From a virus (taxonomy: Duplodnaviria > Heunggongvirae > Uroviricota > Caudoviricetes), in IMG/VR virus record IMGVR_UViG_2531839473_000011, positions 1 through 25,479 of that record: a stretch of 25,479 nt of DNA. The stretch is one strand, 5' to 3'. Position numbers and translations under genes: made by a program. The notes beneath the pieces were generated by a model. The model did not search any database. It was not told where the DNA came from and saw nothing but the letters and a program-made list of their open reading frames with translations. Positions 8,184 through 20,102 of the stretch are shown here, in pieces. The stretch's first letter is position 1; every line of letters begins with the position of its first letter.

Positions 8184-8617
8184 GCAGAGTAACCGCGATT
8201 ATCTCCGCTCTGGTTATCTGCATCATCGTCTGCCTGTCATGGGCTGTTAATCATTACCGTGATAACGCAATCGCCTACAAAGAGCAGCGCGATAAAGCCA
8301 CGTACATCATCGCTGACATGCAGAAGCGTCAACGTGATGTAGCAGAACTCGACGCCAGATACACAAAGGAGCTTGCTGATGCTAACGCGACTATCGAAAG
8401 TCTCCGTGCTGATGTTTCTGCTGGTCGTAAGCGCCTGCAAGTCGCCGCCACCTGTGCAAAGTCAACGACCGGAGCCAGCAGCATGGGCGATGGAGAAAGC
8501 CCAAGACTTACAGCAGATGCTGAACTCAATTATTACCGTCTCCGAAGTGGAATCGACAGGATAACCGCGCAGGTTAACTACCTGCAGGAGTACATCAGGA
8601 CGCAATGCCTGAAATGA
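8180..8617 (+). CDS. Rz: Rz inner-membrane spanin (i-spanin)
   Basis: 145 aa with an N-terminal transmembrane segment and a coiled-coil periplasmic domain. Position and size match lambda Rz. Confidence 0.85.
   Translation: MSRVTAIISALVICIIVCLSWAVNHYRDNAIAYKEQRDKATYIIADMQKRQRDVAELDARYTKELADANATIESLRADVSAGRKRLQVAATCAKSTTGASSMGDGESPRLTADAELNYYRLRSGIDRITAQVNYLQEYIRTQCLK
8373..8564 (+). CDS. Rz1: Rz1 outer-membrane lipoprotein spanin, embedded in Rz in the +1 frame
   Basis: ORF fully inside Rz in another frame, with a signal-like stretch, lipobox-like VSAC and a proline-rich mature region ([14 protein letters not shown]). The true start may be an internal Met. Confidence 0.6.
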   Translation: MLMLTRLSKVSVLMFLLVVSACKSPPPVQSQRPEPAAWAMEKAQDLQQMLNSIITVSEVESTG

Positions 8618-8652
8618 TCGGGCGATGAAAAACAAAAAAACAGGAGCAATAC

Positions 8653-8928
8653 ATGACTAAGCTTTATCACCGCATCTCAACTTTTCTCTCTGGTTGCTGG
8701 GCGTTTATCACGTCTATTTCGATCGCCATCTTTAGTTTCGGTAGCACAGCGTGCTCGCTTAGTCGGGGTCTGTGGCGTGCTATTTCAGCACTAGCGCCGA
8801 AATTTTTACCTGAAAAGGCTGTTTGGCGAATTGTAGAGCGAATGTGTAGTGAGAGCGTTCGCGAGAAGATTAACGTATTTGGACGTCATCCTCGAAATAC
8901 AGGCGCATTGTGCAGTCCGTTACTGTAG
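8653..8928 (+). CDS. Hypothetical protein (91 aa) with one hydrophobic segment
   Basis: ATG preceded by a strong RBS (ACAGGAGCAATAC-ATG). No recognisable family. Sits at the junction between the lysis and packaging modules. Confidence 0.35.
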   Translation: MTKLYHRISTFLSGCWAFITSISIAIFSFGSTACSLSRGLWRAISALAPKFLPEKAVWRIVERMCSESVREKINVFGRHPRNTGALCSPLL

Positions 8929-9222
8929 TCATTACAAAGCTCATCTACGGGTGGGCTTGATAATGAAACCGGAATTTATTCTGGGCAACCAGTTACGGCA
9001 GTACAGCGAAACAACCCAAGCCAGTAAGTGGGGAAATAACACTGGCAGCCACTGAAAGATGAACCTCCTGCCTTATGGCAAAAAAGATTCTTTGTGGTGG
9101 CGGACTGATGGAAAGACATCGGTTATTGCAGAGACCATTCAATGAGTGGTCTCGACAATAGCTTATACCCTACACGGGATAACTTAACTGATATCCCTTT
9201 TAACGGATAAACGGAGCCAACA

Positions 9223-9465
9223 ATGGCAGAGATTATTCCCATGACTGAAGAACAGAAATTCCAGTTAGAGATTTACAAACTGGTCATGAACCAGAACGCA
9301 GCCGCAGAGGAAGCATTTCAGTTCATTGGCACTGACGAACTGAAGCTTGAGCTATTCAAAATTCACTTCCAGTCAGGTGGCGCTAATTCAGATATCACGA
9401 CCAGAACTATCGAAGCGGTGCGTAAATCGAAGGAAGCGTTAGACCTGTTCACTACCGGAGCATGA
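9223..9465 (+). CDS. Hypothetical protein (80 aa), immediately upstream of the small terminase
   Basis: ATG preceded by AACGGAGCC. Acidic, predicted helical product. Conserved-position small ORF before the packaging genes. Confidence 0.5.
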   Translation: MAEIIPMTEEQKFQLEIYKLVMNQNAAAEEAFQFIGTDELKLELFKIHFQSGGANSDITTRTIEAVRKSKEALDLFTTGA

Positions 9466-9494
9466 TGCTCAACCTGAAATAACAACTAAGTGAG

Positions 9495-9989
9495 ATGAAT
9501 ATGGCAGCACCAAAGGGCAACCGATTTTGGGAGGCCCGCAGTAGTCATGGGCGAAATCCTAAATTCGAATCGCCTGAGGCGCTGTGGGCTGCTTGTTGTG
9601 AATACTTCGAGTGGGTGGAAGCTAACCCGCTATGGGAGATGAAGGCGTTCTCGTATCAGGGTGAAGTGATACAAGAGCCTATCGCCAAGATGCGAGCGAT
9701 GACCATTACCGGCCTCACTCTGTTCATTGATGTGACGCTTGAAACATGGCGCACATATCGCCTGAGAGAAGATTTATCTGAAGTCGTTACGCGAGCAGAG
9801 CAGGTCATCTACGATCAGAAATTCTCTGGCGCAGCCGCTGACCTTCTCAACGCTAACATCATCGCCCGTGATTTGGGCCTCAAAGAGCAGTCGCAAGTTG
9901 AAGACGTGACACCTGATAAGGGAGATCGCGATAAGCGACGCTCTCGTATCAAGGAGCTATTCAACCGTGGAACTGGACGCGATTCTTGA
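9495..9989 (+). CDS. Terminase small subunit (P22 gp3-type)
   Basis: Near-identical to P22 gp3 as I recall it (…[46 protein letters not shown]…). The second in-frame ATG at 9501 may be the true start. Confidence 0.85.
   Translation: MNMAAPKGNRFWEARSSHGRNPKFESPEALWAACCEYFEWVEANPLWEMKAFSYQGEVIQEPIAKMRAMTITGLTLFIDVTLETWRTYRLREDLSEVVTRAEQVIYDQKFSGAAADLLNANIIARDLGLKEQSQVEDVTPDKGDRDKRRSRIKELFNRGTGRDS
9768..9789 (+). other. pac-like packaging recognition site within the small terminase gene
   Basis: GAAGATTTATCTGAAGTCGTTA, matching the P22 pac sequence as I recall it, located inside the terS coding region as in P22. Confidence 0.6.
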
Positions 9990-11466
9990 TAACCTGAGCG
10001 ACGAAGAGCAAATCGAGTTGCTCGAGCTACTCGAAGAAGAAGAGAACTACCGGAACACACACCTGCTATATGAATTTACGCCATACAGCAAACAGCGTGA
10101 GTTCATCGACGCCGGACATGACTATCCAGAGCGATGTTTTATGGCTGGTAACCAGCTTGGTAAGTCATTTACTGGTGCTGCTGAAGTCGCGTTTCACCTT
10201 ACTGGGCGTTATCCGGGAACAAAAGGCTATCCGGCTGATGGTAAATATGGCGGGGAGTGGAAAGGTAAGCGTTTCTATGAGCCTGTTGTCTTCTGGATTG
10301 GTGGCGAGACAAACGAGACTGTAACCAAAACGACTCAACGCATCCTGTGCGGTCGTATCGAAGAGAATGGTGAACCTGGCTACGGTTCCATACCGAAAGA
10401 AGACATCATTAGCTGGAAGAAGTCTCCTTTCTTTCCGAACCTTGTTGATCACCTTCTGGTTAAGCATCACACGGCTGATGGCGTTGAAGATGGCATTTCA
10501 ATCTGTTACTTCAAACCATACTCGCAAGGCCGTGCTCGATGGCAGGGTGACACAATCCACGGTGTGTGGTTTGACGAAGAGCCACCATACAGCATTTATG
10601 GCGAAGGGCTTACCCGTACCAACAAATACGGGCAATTCTCAATTCTGACGTTTACCCCGCTGATGGGGATGTCTGACGTTGTTACCAAGTTCCTGAAGAA
10701 TCCCAGCAAGTCTCAGAAAGTGGTCAACATGACCATCTATGACGCTGAGCACTACACCGACGAGCAGAAAGAGCAAATCATCGCATCCTATCCTGAGCAT
10801 GAGAGAGAGGCGCGTGCTCGCGGTATTCCTACGATGGGTAGCGGGCGAATATTCCAGATACCGGAAGAGACGATTAAGTGTCAGCCGTTCGAGTGTCCTG
10901 ATCACTTCTACGTAATTGGCGGGATGGATTTCGGATGGGATCACCCGCAGGCGCATGTTCAGCTTTGGTGGGATAAAGACGCAGACACAATCTACGTTTC
11001 ACGCGTGTGGAAGGCGAAAGAAAAAACAGCCGTTCAGGCGTGGGGAGCCGTTAAATCATGGGCGCATAAAGTGCCAACCGCATGGCCTCATGACGGAAAC
11101 CAGCATGAGAAGGGCGGCGGTGAGCAGCTCAAAGGGCAGTATGCAGACGCTGGATTTATGATGTTACAGGAGCATGCGACATGGCCTGATGGCGGTAATG
11201 CTGTTGAGCCTGGCATCACTGAATTGCGCGACATGATGCTCGATGGTCGCTTCAAAGTATTCAACACCTGTGAGCCATTCTTTGAGGAGTTCCGCCTCTA
11301 TCACCGTGATGAAAACGGGAAAATCGTCAAGCTTAACGACGACGTTCTCTCAGCCGTTCGCTATGCATACATGATGCGCCGCTTTGCCAAAATGATGCGC
11401 GACATCAAAAAACCAAAAGAGAAAAAGATACCAGCCCCAATCAGGCCCATCGCACGGAGAACTTAA
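9967..11466 (+). CDS. Terminase large subunit (P22 gp2-type)
   Basis: 499 aa, same length and gene position as P22 gp2. Start (GTG at 9967) overlaps the end of terS. Confidence 0.9.
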   Translation: MELDAILDNLSDEEQIELLELLEEEENYRNTHLLYEFTPYSKQREFIDAGHDYPERCFMAGNQLGKSFTGAAEVAFHLTGRYPGTKGYPADGKYGGEWKGKRFYEPVVFWIGGETNETVTKTTQRILCGRIEENGEPGYGSIPKEDIISWKKSPFFPNLVDHLLVKHHTADGVEDGISICYFKPYSQGRARWQGDTIHGVWFDEEPPYSIYGEGLTRTNKYGQFSILTFTPLMGMSDVVTKFLKNPSKSQKVVNMTIYDAEHYTDEQKEQIIASYPEHEREARARGIPTMGSGRIFQIPEETIKCQPFECPDHFYVIGGMDFGWDHPQAHVQLWWDKDADTIYVSRVWKAKEKTAVQAWGAVKSWAHKVPTAWPHDGNQHEKGGGEQLKGQYADAGFMMLQEHATWPDGGNAVEPGITELRDMMLDGRFKVFNTCEPFFEEFRLYHRDENGKIVKLNDDVLSAVRYAYMMRRFAKMMRDIKKPKEKKIPAPIRPIARRT

Positions 11467-13632
11467 ATGGCCGACGAAAACAGACTCAATTCCATTCTGT
11501 GTAAGTTTGACGCGGACTGGATGGCGAGCGATGAAGCCAGAACCGAGGCGACAAATGACCTGTATTTTAGCCGAGTGTCGCAATGGGATGACTGGCTATC
11601 AAACTACACCACCCTGCAATATCGCGGACAATTCGATGTTGTCCGCCCGGTTGTCAGGAAACTGGTCGCAGAGATGCGCCGTAACCCTATCGACGTTCTC
11701 TTCAGACCAAAAGACGGCGCTAATCCTGATGCTGCCGATGTGTTGATGGGAATGTATCGTACTGATATGCGCCATAACACGGCAAAAATTGCCGTTAACG
11801 TTGGCGTTCGTGAGCAGATAGAGTCCGGCGTTGGTGCATGGCGTCTGGTCACACAGTACGAAGACAACGACCCAACAAGCAACAATCAGGTAATCCGACG
11901 CCTGCCAATCCATGAAGCCTGCTCACACGTCATATGGGACGCCAACAGCAAGCAGATGGATAAGAGCGACGCTAAGCACTGCACGGTGATTAACGCTTTG
12001 TCACGCAATGGCTGGAAAGAGTTCGCAGAGGATTACGGTATTGATCCTGACACCTTGCCATCTTTCCAGAATCCTAACGATACATGGCTATTCCCGTGGG
12101 TGTCGAATGATGTCGTCTACGTCGCTGAGTATTACGAGGTAGAAGAGAAGAAGGAGAGAGTCTTCATCTACCGCGACCCGCTGACAGGTGAGCCGGTCAG
12201 CTATTACCAGCAGGATATCAAAGACGTCATCGACGACCTGGCTAATCGTGGATTCATTAAGGTAGCAGAGCGCAAGGTGAAGCGTCGGCGTGTGTATAAG
12301 TCGATCATCACCTGCACGCAGATACTGAAAGACCGCGAGAAGATAGCCGGAGAGCATATTCCAATCGTTCCAGTGTATGGTGAATGGTCATTCGCTGGTG
12401 ACAAGGAGTGCTACGAGGGCGTGGTAAGACTGACGAAAGACGGTCAACGCCTTCGTAACATGATCATGTCGTTCAACGCCGATATCGTTGCTCGTTCACC
12501 GAAGAAGAAACCTACCTTCTTCCCTGAGCAAATCGAAGGCTACGAATACATGTACGGTGGAAATGATGACTATCCGTACTATCTGCAGAACAGGACCGAT
12601 GAAAACGGTAACGACCTGCCGATTGGTCCAATCTCCTACATGGAAAACCCTGAAGTGCCGCAAGCCAACGCTTACATGCTTGAGGCTGCCACCAACGCAG
12701 TGAAAGAGGTGGCTAGTCTTGGCGTGGATGCGCAGGCGGCAAACTCTCAGGTCGCTTTCGATACCGTCAATCAACTGAACATGCGGGCAGATCTTGAGAC
12801 ATACGTGTTTCAGGATAACCTGGCTACCGCAATGCGACGTGATGGCGAGATTTATGCCTCAATGGTCAACGATATTTATGACGTTCCTCGTCATGTAACG
12901 CTGACACTTGAAGATGGAAGCGAGAAAGACGTTCAACTCTATGCGCAAGTTGTCGATTATCAGTCCGGCAATGTGGTCACACTCAACGACATTCGCGGTC
13001 GCTATGAGTGCTATACGGACGTTGGGCCATCCTTCCAGAGCATGAAGGAACAGAACCGCGCAGAGATTCAGGAGTTACTCACCAAGGTTCCGCAAGGTAC
13101 TCCAGAGTTCCAGATGCTGATGCTGCAATACTTCACGCTGCTTGACGGTAAAGGCGTCGAGATGATGCGAGAGTACGCGAACAAGCAACTGGTGATGATG
13201 GGGCTGAAGAAACCAGAAACACCTGAAGAGATGGAGATGGTACAGCAGGCTCAACAGCAGCCGCAGCAGCCATCAGCAGAGCAAATTCAGGCGCAGGGCA
13301 TTCTTCTGCAAGGTCAGGCTGAATTGCTCAAGGCAGAGAACCAACAGGCGCAGATTCAGGTTGAAGCCGCCAAGGTTGAAGCCCAAAACCAACTCAACGC
13401 CGCGAAGATTGCAGAAATCTTCAACAATATGGACCTCGACAAGCAGGCAGAACTGCGTGAGTACCTCAAGCTCGTAGGTCAATTCCAGCAACAGCGCAGC
13501 AAAGATGCTCGTGCTAACGCTGAGCTGCTTCTTAAAGATGCAGACCAGACTCATTCACAACGCATGGACTTCGCGAATCTTATGCGTCAAGTTCAAATCC
13601 CCTCCGGCGGAGTAGCCGAGACACCTCAATAA
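11467..13632 (+). CDS. Portal protein (P22 gp1-type)
   Basis: 721 aa with a long C-terminal Q/A/E-rich helical segment (…[55 protein letters not shown]…) typical of the P22 portal barrel. Follows terL. Confidence 0.9.
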   Translation: MADENRLNSILCKFDADWMASDEARTEATNDLYFSRVSQWDDWLSNYTTLQYRGQFDVVRPVVRKLVAEMRRNPIDVLFRPKDGANPDAADVLMGMYRTDMRHNTAKIAVNVGVREQIESGVGAWRLVTQYEDNDPTSNNQVIRRLPIHEACSHVIWDANSKQMDKSDAKHCTVINALSRNGWKEFAEDYGIDPDTLPSFQNPNDTWLFPWVSNDVVYVAEYYEVEEKKERVFIYRDPLTGEPVSYYQQDIKDVIDDLANRGFIKVAERKVKRRRVYKSIITCTQILKDREKIAGEHIPIVPVYGEWSFAGDKECYEGVVRLTKDGQRLRNMIMSFNADIVARSPKKKPTFFPEQIEGYEYMYGGNDDYPYYLQNRTDENGNDLPIGPISYMENPEVPQANAYMLEAATNAVKEVASLGVDAQAANSQVAFDTVNQLNMRADLETYVFQDNLATAMRRDGEIYASMVNDIYDVPRHVTLTLEDGSEKDVQLYAQVVDYQSGNVVTLNDIRGRYECYTDVGPSFQSMKEQNRAEIQELLTKVPQGTPEFQMLMLQYFTLLDGKGVEMMREYANKQLVMMGLKKPETPEEMEMVQQAQQQPQQPSAEQIQAQGILLQGQAELLKAENQQAQIQVEAAKVEAQNQLNAAKIAEIFNNMDLDKQAELREYLKLVGQFQQQRSKDARANAELLLKDADQTHSQRMDFANLMRQVQIPSGGVAETPQ

Positions 13633-13645
13633 GAGAGAGTTAATC

Positions 13646-14557
13646 ATGGAACAAACCACCGACATTCAGGCTTCTGAAGAATTAACCCTACCCGGCAATC
13701 ATGCAGCGGCATCTGCTGATGGCTTAGTTGTCGATAATGCCAACGACAACGCAGGTCAGGAAGAAGGCTTCGAGATTGTCCTGAAAGACGATGAGAAACC
13801 AAAACAAGACCCGGCAACTAATGCTGAATTTGCCCGTCGCCGCATCGAACGCAAACGCCAGCGTGAGCTTGAGCAGCAGATGGAAGCGGTTAAGCGTGGA
13901 GAGTTGCCGGAGCACCTGCGGGTGAACCCTGAGTTACCAAAACAACCAGACCCTAACGATTATCTTTCCGAAGATGCACTGGCTAAGTACGACTATGATC
14001 AGAGCCGCGCACTGGCTGCCTTCCAGCAGGCAAACAGTGAATGGCAGATCAAGGCTATGGACGCACGAAGCCAGGCTGTCGCCGAGCAGGGTCGCAAAAC
14101 TCAGGAGTTCACCCAGCAATCAGCTCAATACGTCGAGGCAGCCCGTAAGCACTACGACGCAGCGGAAAAGCTCAATATCCCTGACTATCAGGAGAAAGAG
14201 GATGCATTCATGCAACTGGTGCCGCCAGCAGTCGGTGCCGACATCATGCGCCTCTTCCCGGAGAAATCCGCTGCTCTCATGTATCACCTTGGTGCTAATC
14301 CTGAAAAAACACGCCAGTTGCTGGCGATGGACGGGCAATCCGCGCTGATTGAACTCACTCGACTGTCAGAACGTTTAACTCTCAAGCCTCGAGCCAAGCC
14401 TGTTTCAGAAGCCCCGTTACCTGATGAACCCATTCAGGGACACGCTGTTGCTGCAAATATCTCTGCGATTGAAAAGCAGATGGAAGCGGCAGCAAACAAA
14501 GGGGATGTAGAGACATACCGCAAGCTCAAGGCGCAACTGAATAAAGGAATTCGATAA
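13646..14557 (+). CDS. Scaffolding protein (P22 gp8-type)
   Basis: 303 aa, same length as P22 gp8. Acidic, helical, lies between portal and coat. Confidence 0.85.
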   Translation: MEQTTDIQASEELTLPGNHAAASADGLVVDNANDNAGQEEGFEIVLKDDEKPKQDPATNAEFARRRIERKRQRELEQQMEAVKRGELPEHLRVNPELPKQPDPNDYLSEDALAKYDYDQSRALAAFQQANSEWQIKAMDARSQAVAEQGRKTQEFTQQSAQYVEAARKHYDAAEKLNIPDYQEKEDAFMQLVPPAVGADIMRLFPEKSAALMYHLGANPEKTRQLLAMDGQSALIELTRLSERLTLKPRAKPVSEAPLPDEPIQGHAVAANISAIEKQMEAAANKGDVETYRKLKAQLNKGIR

Positions 14558-15852
14558 TGGCATTAAATGAAGGTCAACTGGTCACGTATGCTCTGGATGA
14601 AATCATCGAAACCGTCCAGAACCTGACGCCAATGGCGTCCAAAGTGACAAAATACACCCCTCCGGCAGAATCCATGCAGCGTTCAAGCAACACCGTGTGG
14701 ATGCCTGTTGAGCAGGAAGCGCCAACCCAGACTGGCTGGGATTTAACTGGCAACGCAACTGGGATTCTGGAACTCTCCGTGAAATGCAACATGGGCGATC
14801 CGGATAACGATTTCTTCGAGCTTCGTGCAGATGACCTGCGTGATGAGCGTTCTTACCGTCGCCGCATCCAGGCATCCGCTAAAAAACTGGCGAATAACAT
14901 TGAGTCAGCAATTGCCAAACAGGCAACTGAAATGGGCTCACTTGTTGTTCACGATACCCGAGCAATTGGTCCATCTACTGGCCTGTCTGGCTGGGATTTT
15001 GTGTCTGATGCAGAGCGCCTGATGTTCTCCCGTGAGCTAAACCGCGATATGGGCATCAGTTACTTCCTGAACCCTGACGATTACCGCAAAGCAGGCCGCA
15101 ACCTGGTAGATGGTGACATCTTCGGGCGCGTTCCTGAAGAAGCGTATCGCAACGGTACTATTCAGCGTCAGATTGCTGGCTTTGATGAAATTCTTCGCTC
15201 ACCGAAACTTCCGGCAGTTACCAAGTCAACCGCTACTGGTGTAACTGTTTCTGGTGCGCAGAAGTTTAAGCCGCAGGCATACACTCTTGATACCGATGGT
15301 AACAAAGAGAACGTCGACAACCGTGTTGCAACGGTGACCGTATCCTCCACCACCGGGTTTAAGCGCGGCGACAAAATCAGCTTCACTGGTGTGAAATTCC
15401 TGTCTCAGATGGCGAAGAACGTGCTGACTGATGATGCTACTTTCTCAATCACCCGTGTGATCGATGGTACTCACATCGAAATCACGCCGAAGCCGATTGC
15501 GCTTGATGACTCTTCACTGACAAAAGAAGAGAAGGCTTACGCTAACGTAAACACCTCTCTTGCTGATTCCACTCCGGTAAACGTTCTGAACGTGGCAACA
15601 ACCACCGCTAACGTGTTCTGGGCTGATGACTCAATCCGTCTGCTGTCTCAGCCGATCCCGGTAACCCATGAACTGTTTGCTGGCATGAAAACGTCTTCCT
15701 TCAGCATTCCTGGTATTGGTGTTAACGGCATCTTCGCAACGCAGGGTGATATCAACACTCTGTCTGGTAAGTGCCGTATTGCTGTGTGGTATTCAGCATG
15801 TGCTGTACGACCAGAGGCAATTGGTATTGGTCTGCCTAACCAGACCGCGTGA
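14557..15852 (+). CDS. Major capsid (coat) protein (P22 gp5-type)
   Basis: 431-codon ORF in the coat position with strong similarity to the P22 coat sequence as I recall it. Confidence 0.9.
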   Translation: MALNEGQLVTYALDEIIETVQNLTPMASKVTKYTPPAESMQRSSNTVWMPVEQEAPTQTGWDLTGNATGILELSVKCNMGDPDNDFFELRADDLRDERSYRRRIQASAKKLANNIESAIAKQATEMGSLVVHDTRAIGPSTGLSGWDFVSDAERLMFSRELNRDMGISYFLNPDDYRKAGRNLVDGDIFGRVPEEAYRNGTIQRQIAGFDEILRSPKLPAVTKSTATGVTVSGAQKFKPQAYTLDTDGNKENVDNRVATVTVSSTTGFKRGDKISFTGVKFLSQMAKNVLTDDATFSITRVIDGTHIEITPKPIALDDSSLTKEEKAYANVNTSLADSTPVNVLNVATTTANVFWADDSIRLLSQPIPVTHELFAGMKTSSFSIPGIGVNGIFATQGDINTLSGKCRIAVWYSACAVRPEAIGIGLPNQTA

Positions 15853-15896
15853 TAACCAGAGGGAGCTTCGGCTCCCTTTTTTATATGGAGACAAGC

Positions 15897-16176
<280 letters not shown>

Positions 16177-16199
<23 letters not shown>

Positions 16200-16677
16200 T
16201 TTAGTTCTTGCGGCATTACGTAAGCTCGGTGTGGCATCAAATGCCACGTTAACCGATGTCGAACCGCAGTCTATGGAAGACGGCGTCAACGACCTTGAAA
16301 TGATGATGGCTGAATGGCTTGGCGGTGATGCGTCACCTGGTGTCAACGTTGGCTACATTTTTGCTGATGCAGATGTTGCTCCGGATCCGGGCGATGAGCA
16401 CGGTTTATCAAATAACGCTATCAATGCCGTCATTTTCAACCTTGCCTGCCGCATTGCTCCAGATTATGCGCTGGAAGCGTCTGCAAAACTTATAACCACT
16501 GCCAGATACGGGAAAGAGCGACTCGTCAAACTGTCTGCAATGGATAGGGCAAAGGCCGCTAAATGTAAGTCCGGTTATCCAAACCGTATGCCTGTTGGTA
16601 GCGGTAACCAGTTGGCGAAGTGGAACGGTTGGAATTACTTCCACCGGAAGGAACCTTGCGATAACGGGAGCGAATAA
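16177..16677 (+). CDS. Tail accessory / head-completion protein (P22 gp4-type)
   Basis: 166 aa from ATG 16177, matching P22 gp4 length and sequence pattern (…[16 protein letters not shown]…[10 protein letters not shown]…[14 protein letters not shown]…). The track ORF from 16036 merely extends upstream through the repeat. Confidence 0.8.
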
Positions 16678-18095
16678 TGCCGATTCAGCAACTTCCGCTT
16701 ATGAAAGGTGTCGGCAAAGACTTTCGAAACGCCGATTATATCGACTATCTGCCAGTGAATATGTTGGCTACACCCAAAGAAATCCTCAACAGCAGCGGAT
16801 ATCTTCGCTCATTCCCGGGCATTGCCAAACGTTCTGATGTGAACGGTATATCGCGCGGCGTCGAATACAACATGGCGCAGAGTGCTGTTTATCGCGTGTG
16901 TGGTGGGAAGCTCTACAAAGGCGAAAGCGAAGTCGGTGATGTTGCCGGAAGTGGTCGCGTATCAATGGCGCATGGTCGGACATCACAGGCGGTAGGCGTT
17001 AATGGTCAACTGGTTGAGTATCGCTATGATGGCACGGTTAAAACCGTCTCAAACTGGCCTACAGACAGCGGATTCACGCAGTATGAGTTAGGTTCGGTTC
17101 GCGACATTACGCGCTTGCGCGGGCGTTATGCGTGGTCAAAAGACGGAACTGATTCATGGTTTATCACTGACCCTGAAGACGAATCGCACCCTGACCGCTA
17201 CAGCGCACAATATCGCGCAGAATCGCAGCCTGACGGCATCATCGGCATCGGAACATGGCGAGACTTCATCGTATGCTTTGGTTCATCAACGATTGAATAT
17301 TTCTCCCTGACGGGTGCAACCACCGTTGGTGCTGCTTTGTATGTCGCACAGCCATCTCTTATGGTGCAGAAAGGCATTGCCGGGACTTACTGCAAAACGC
17401 CATTCGCTGATTCTTATGCGTTCATCAGCAATCCGGCAACGGGTGCGCCGTCTGTATACATCATCGGCTCCGGTCAGGTATCACCAATCGCCAGCGCGAG
17501 CATTGAGAAAATCCTCCGCTCCTACACTGCTGATGAACTGGCTGATGGCGTGATGGAGTCTCTGCGATTTGATGCGCATGAGTTGCTGATTATCCATCTT
17601 CCGCGCCATGTACTTGTGTACGACGCATCTTCAAGCGCTAATGGTCCGCAATGGTGTGTGCTGAAAACAGGCCTGTATGACGATGTGTACCGCGCTATCG
17701 ACTTCATTTTCGAAGGCAATCAGATAACGTGCGGCGATAAACTGGAACCCGTGACCGGGAAATTGCAATTCGACATCAGCAGCCAGTATGGTCTTCAACA
17801 GGAACACCTGCTGTTTACTCCACTCTTCAAAGCAGATAACGCCAGAGTTTTCGACCTTGAAGTTGAATCTTCAACTGGCGTTGCGCAGTATGCTGACCGC
17901 CTGTTCCTCTCTGCAACCACTGACGGCATAAATTATGGGCGTGAGCAGATGATTGAGCAGAATGAACCGTTCGTTTACGACAAACGCGTTTTGTGGAAAC
18001 GAGTAGGGCGCATCAGGAAAAACATTGGTTTCAAATTGCGCGTTATCACGAAGTCACCTGTCACTCTGTCTGGCGCTCAGATAAGGATTGAGTAA
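16677..18095 (+). CDS. Tail accessory protein (P22 gp10-type)
   Basis: 472 aa, same length and position as P22 gp10. Start overlaps the gp4 stop. Confidence 0.8.
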   Translation: MPIQQLPLMKGVGKDFRNADYIDYLPVNMLATPKEILNSSGYLRSFPGIAKRSDVNGISRGVEYNMAQSAVYRVCGGKLYKGESEVGDVAGSGRVSMAHGRTSQAVGVNGQLVEYRYDGTVKTVSNWPTDSGFTQYELGSVRDITRLRGRYAWSKDGTDSWFITDPEDESHPDRYSAQYRAESQPDGIIGIGTWRDFIVCFGSSTIEYFSLTGATTVGAALYVAQPSLMVQKGIAGTYCKTPFADSYAFISNPATGAPSVYIIGSGQVSPIASASIEKILRSYTADELADGVMESLRFDAHELLIIHLPRHVLVYDASSSANGPQWCVLKTGLYDDVYRAIDFIFEGNQITCGDKLEPVTGKLQFDISSQYGLQQEHLLFTPLFKADNARVFDLEVESSTGVAQYADRLFLSATTDGINYGREQMIEQNEPFVYDKRVLWKRVGRIRKNIGFKLRVITKSPVTLSGAQIRIE

Positions 18096-18943
18096 TGGCG
18101 GATTCGAATCTCAATGTGCCGGTAATCATTCAGGCTACACGACTCGACACATCAGTCCTTCCACGCAATATCTTCTCGCAGTCATATCTGCTGTACGTTA
18201 TTGCACAGGGCACTGATGTTGGTAACGTGGCTAACAAGGCCAACGAGGCCGGACAGGGCGCTTATGACGCACAAGTCAGGAACGATGAGCAGGATGTGAT
18301 TCTCGCTGACCATGAGCAGCGAATTTCTGCTGCGGAAGCAACGCTTGTTAATCATGAGGAGCGAATCAGCCAGGCAGAATCAACTCTTCAGGACCATGAA
18401 ACACGAATAGCTCAGAATGAAAGCGATATTTCGTCGCTTGACACAAGAGTTCAGTCGCTGGAGTCGCAGGTTTCAGACCATGAAACGCGCATCGATGCTC
18501 TGGAGTATGCCACTACTCGCAAGAAGTCGGAGGTTGTTTACTCTGGCGTATCTGTAACCATCCCGACAGCGCCGACCAACCTTGTTAGCCTACTGAAAAC
18601 TCTCACGCCGTCATCCGGCACGTTGGCACCATTCTTCGACACCGTTAACAACAAGATGGTTGTGTTCAACGAGAACAAAACCTTGTTCTTCAAGCTGTCG
18701 ATCGTCGGGACGTGGCCCAGCGGAACCGCCAACAGGTCAATGCAGCTAACATTTTCCGGTTCTGTTCCTGACACACTGGTAAGCAGTCGTAACTCTGCGA
18801 CAACAACCGATAACATCCTGTTAGCTACGTTCTTCAGCGTGGATAAAGACGGCTTTCTTGCCACAAATGGCAGCGCGTTAACCATTCAGTCGAATGGTGC
18901 GGCGTTTACTGCCACAACCATCAAAATCATTGCGGAGCAGTAA
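18095..18943 (+). CDS. Tail needle protein (gp26-type) with an extended C-terminal domain
   Basis: The N-terminal ~60 aa resemble the P22 gp26 N-terminus as I recall it. This is followed by tandem 14-residue coiled-coil repeats and a C-terminal region unlike P22 gp26. Confidence 0.75.
   Translation: MADSNLNVPVIIQATRLDTSVLPRNIFSQSYLLYVIAQGTDVGNVANKANEAGQGAYDAQVRNDEQDVILADHEQRISAAEATLVNHEERISQAESTLQDHETRIAQNESDISSLDTRVQSLESQVSDHETRIDALEYATTRKKSEVVYSGVSVTIPTAPTNLVSLLKTLTPSSGTLAPFFDTVNNKMVVFNENKTLFFKLSIVGTWPSGTANRSMQLTFSGSVPDTLVSSRNSATTTDNILLATFFSVDKDGFLATNGSALTIQSNGAAFTATTIKIIAEQ
18305..18514 (+). repeat. Five diverged tandem 42-bp repeats encoding 14-residue units in the tail needle
   Basis: Protein units [14 protein letters not shown] / [14 protein letters not shown] / [14 protein letters not shown] / [14 protein letters not shown] / [14 protein letters not shown]. 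Confidence 0.6.
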
Positions 18944-19398
18944 TGATTCAGTTCAAACCAACGCGAAACATCGACCTGATCGAAGCAGTCGGAAATCACC
19001 CTGACATTATTGCCGGAAGCAACAATGGTGATGGATACGACTACAAGCCTGAATGCCGTTACTTTGAGGTTAACGTGCACGGTCAGTTTGGCGGAATTGT
19101 TTACTATCAGGAGATTCAGCCGCTGACATTCGATTGCCACGCCATGTACCTGCCAGAGATTCGCGGCTTCAGCAAGGAAATCGGGCTGGCGTTCTGGCGA
19201 TACATTCTGACTAACACCACCGTTCAGTGCGTCACATCGTTCGCTGCACGCAAATTCCGCCACGGGCAGATGTACTGCGCAATGATTGGCCTTAAGCGTG
19301 TAGGAACCATCAAGAAATACTTCAAAGGCGTGGATGACGTGACATTTTACAGTGCTACACGCGAAGAACTAATCGACTTCCTGAATCACGGGAGATAG
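18943..19398 (+). CDS. Virion assembly protein at the gp14 position
   Basis: 151-aa ORF between the tail needle and the ejection proteins. Assigned by synteny only. Confidence 0.45.
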   Translation: MIQFKPTRNIDLIEAVGNHPDIIAGSNNGDGYDYKPECRYFEVNVHGQFGGIVYYQEIQPLTFDCHAMYLPEIRGFSKEIGLAFWRYILTNTTVQCVTSFAARKFRHGQMYCAMIGLKRVGTIKKYFKGVDDVTFYSATREELIDFLNHGR

Positions 19399-19400
19399 CC

Positions 19401-20093
19401 ATGTTATATGCATTTAAGCTGGGCAGAAAACTGCGCGGCGAGGAACCTTATTGCCCTGAAAAAGGCGGGAAAGGTGGCAGTTCTGATAAAAGTGCAAAGT
19501 ATGCCGCAGAAGCTCAGAAGTATGCCGCAGACCTGCAAAATCAGCAGTGGCAGACGATCATGAAAAACCTTGCTCCGTTCACGCCTCTTGCGGAGCAGTA
19601 TGTTAACCAGCTTCAGAACCTTTCCAGTTTAGAAGGTCAGGGGCAGGCACTTAATCAGTATTACAACTCTCAGCAGTATAAAGACCTTGCAGGTCAGGCT
19701 CGTTACCAGAGTCTTGCTGCTGCGGAGGCGACGGGTGGACTTGGTTCGACAGCCACAAGCAATCAACTGGCTACGATCGCGCCGACACTCGGTCAGTCTT
19801 GGTTATCAAATCAGATGAGCAATTACAACAATCTGGCAAACGTTGGGCTTGGTGCGCTGCAAGGTCAGGCAAACGCCGGGCAGACGTACGCCAACAACAT
19901 GAGCAGCATTGCACAGCAAAGCGCAGCTCTTGCCGCTGCTAATGCCAATAAACCATCAAGTCTTCAGACTGCAATTAGCGGTGGCACGTCTGGTGCGATT
20001 GCCGGTGCAGGTCTTGCCAGCCTTTTGGGAACATCAACACCTTGGGGCGCTGGCATTGGTGCTGGTATTGGATTGCTTAGCTCGTTGTTTTAA
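19401..20093 (+). CDS. Ejection (internal virion) protein, gp7-type
   Basis: 230 aa. Q/A/N-rich with a C-terminal glycine-zipper-like hydrophobic segment (GAIAGAGLASLLG…GAGIGAGIGLL). Assigned by position. Confidence 0.6.
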   Translation: MLYAFKLGRKLRGEEPYCPEKGGKGGSSDKSAKYAAEAQKYAADLQNQQWQTIMKNLAPFTPLAEQYVNQLQNLSSLEGQGQALNQYYNSQQYKDLAGQARYQSLAAAEATGGLGSTATSNQLATIAPTLGQSWLSNQMSNYNNLANVGLGALQGQANAGQTYANNMSSIAQQSAALAAANANKPSSLQTAISGGTSGAIAGAGLASLLGTSTPWGAGIGAGIGLLSSLF

Positions 20094-20102
20094 GGGGTAA
20101 TC

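Noticed and set aside
13585-13625. tRNA-like 3' end motif (GTTCAAATCC...) near the end of the portal gene
   Set aside because: No matching D-arm, anticodon arm or acceptor stem upstream, and it lies within the portal coding frame.
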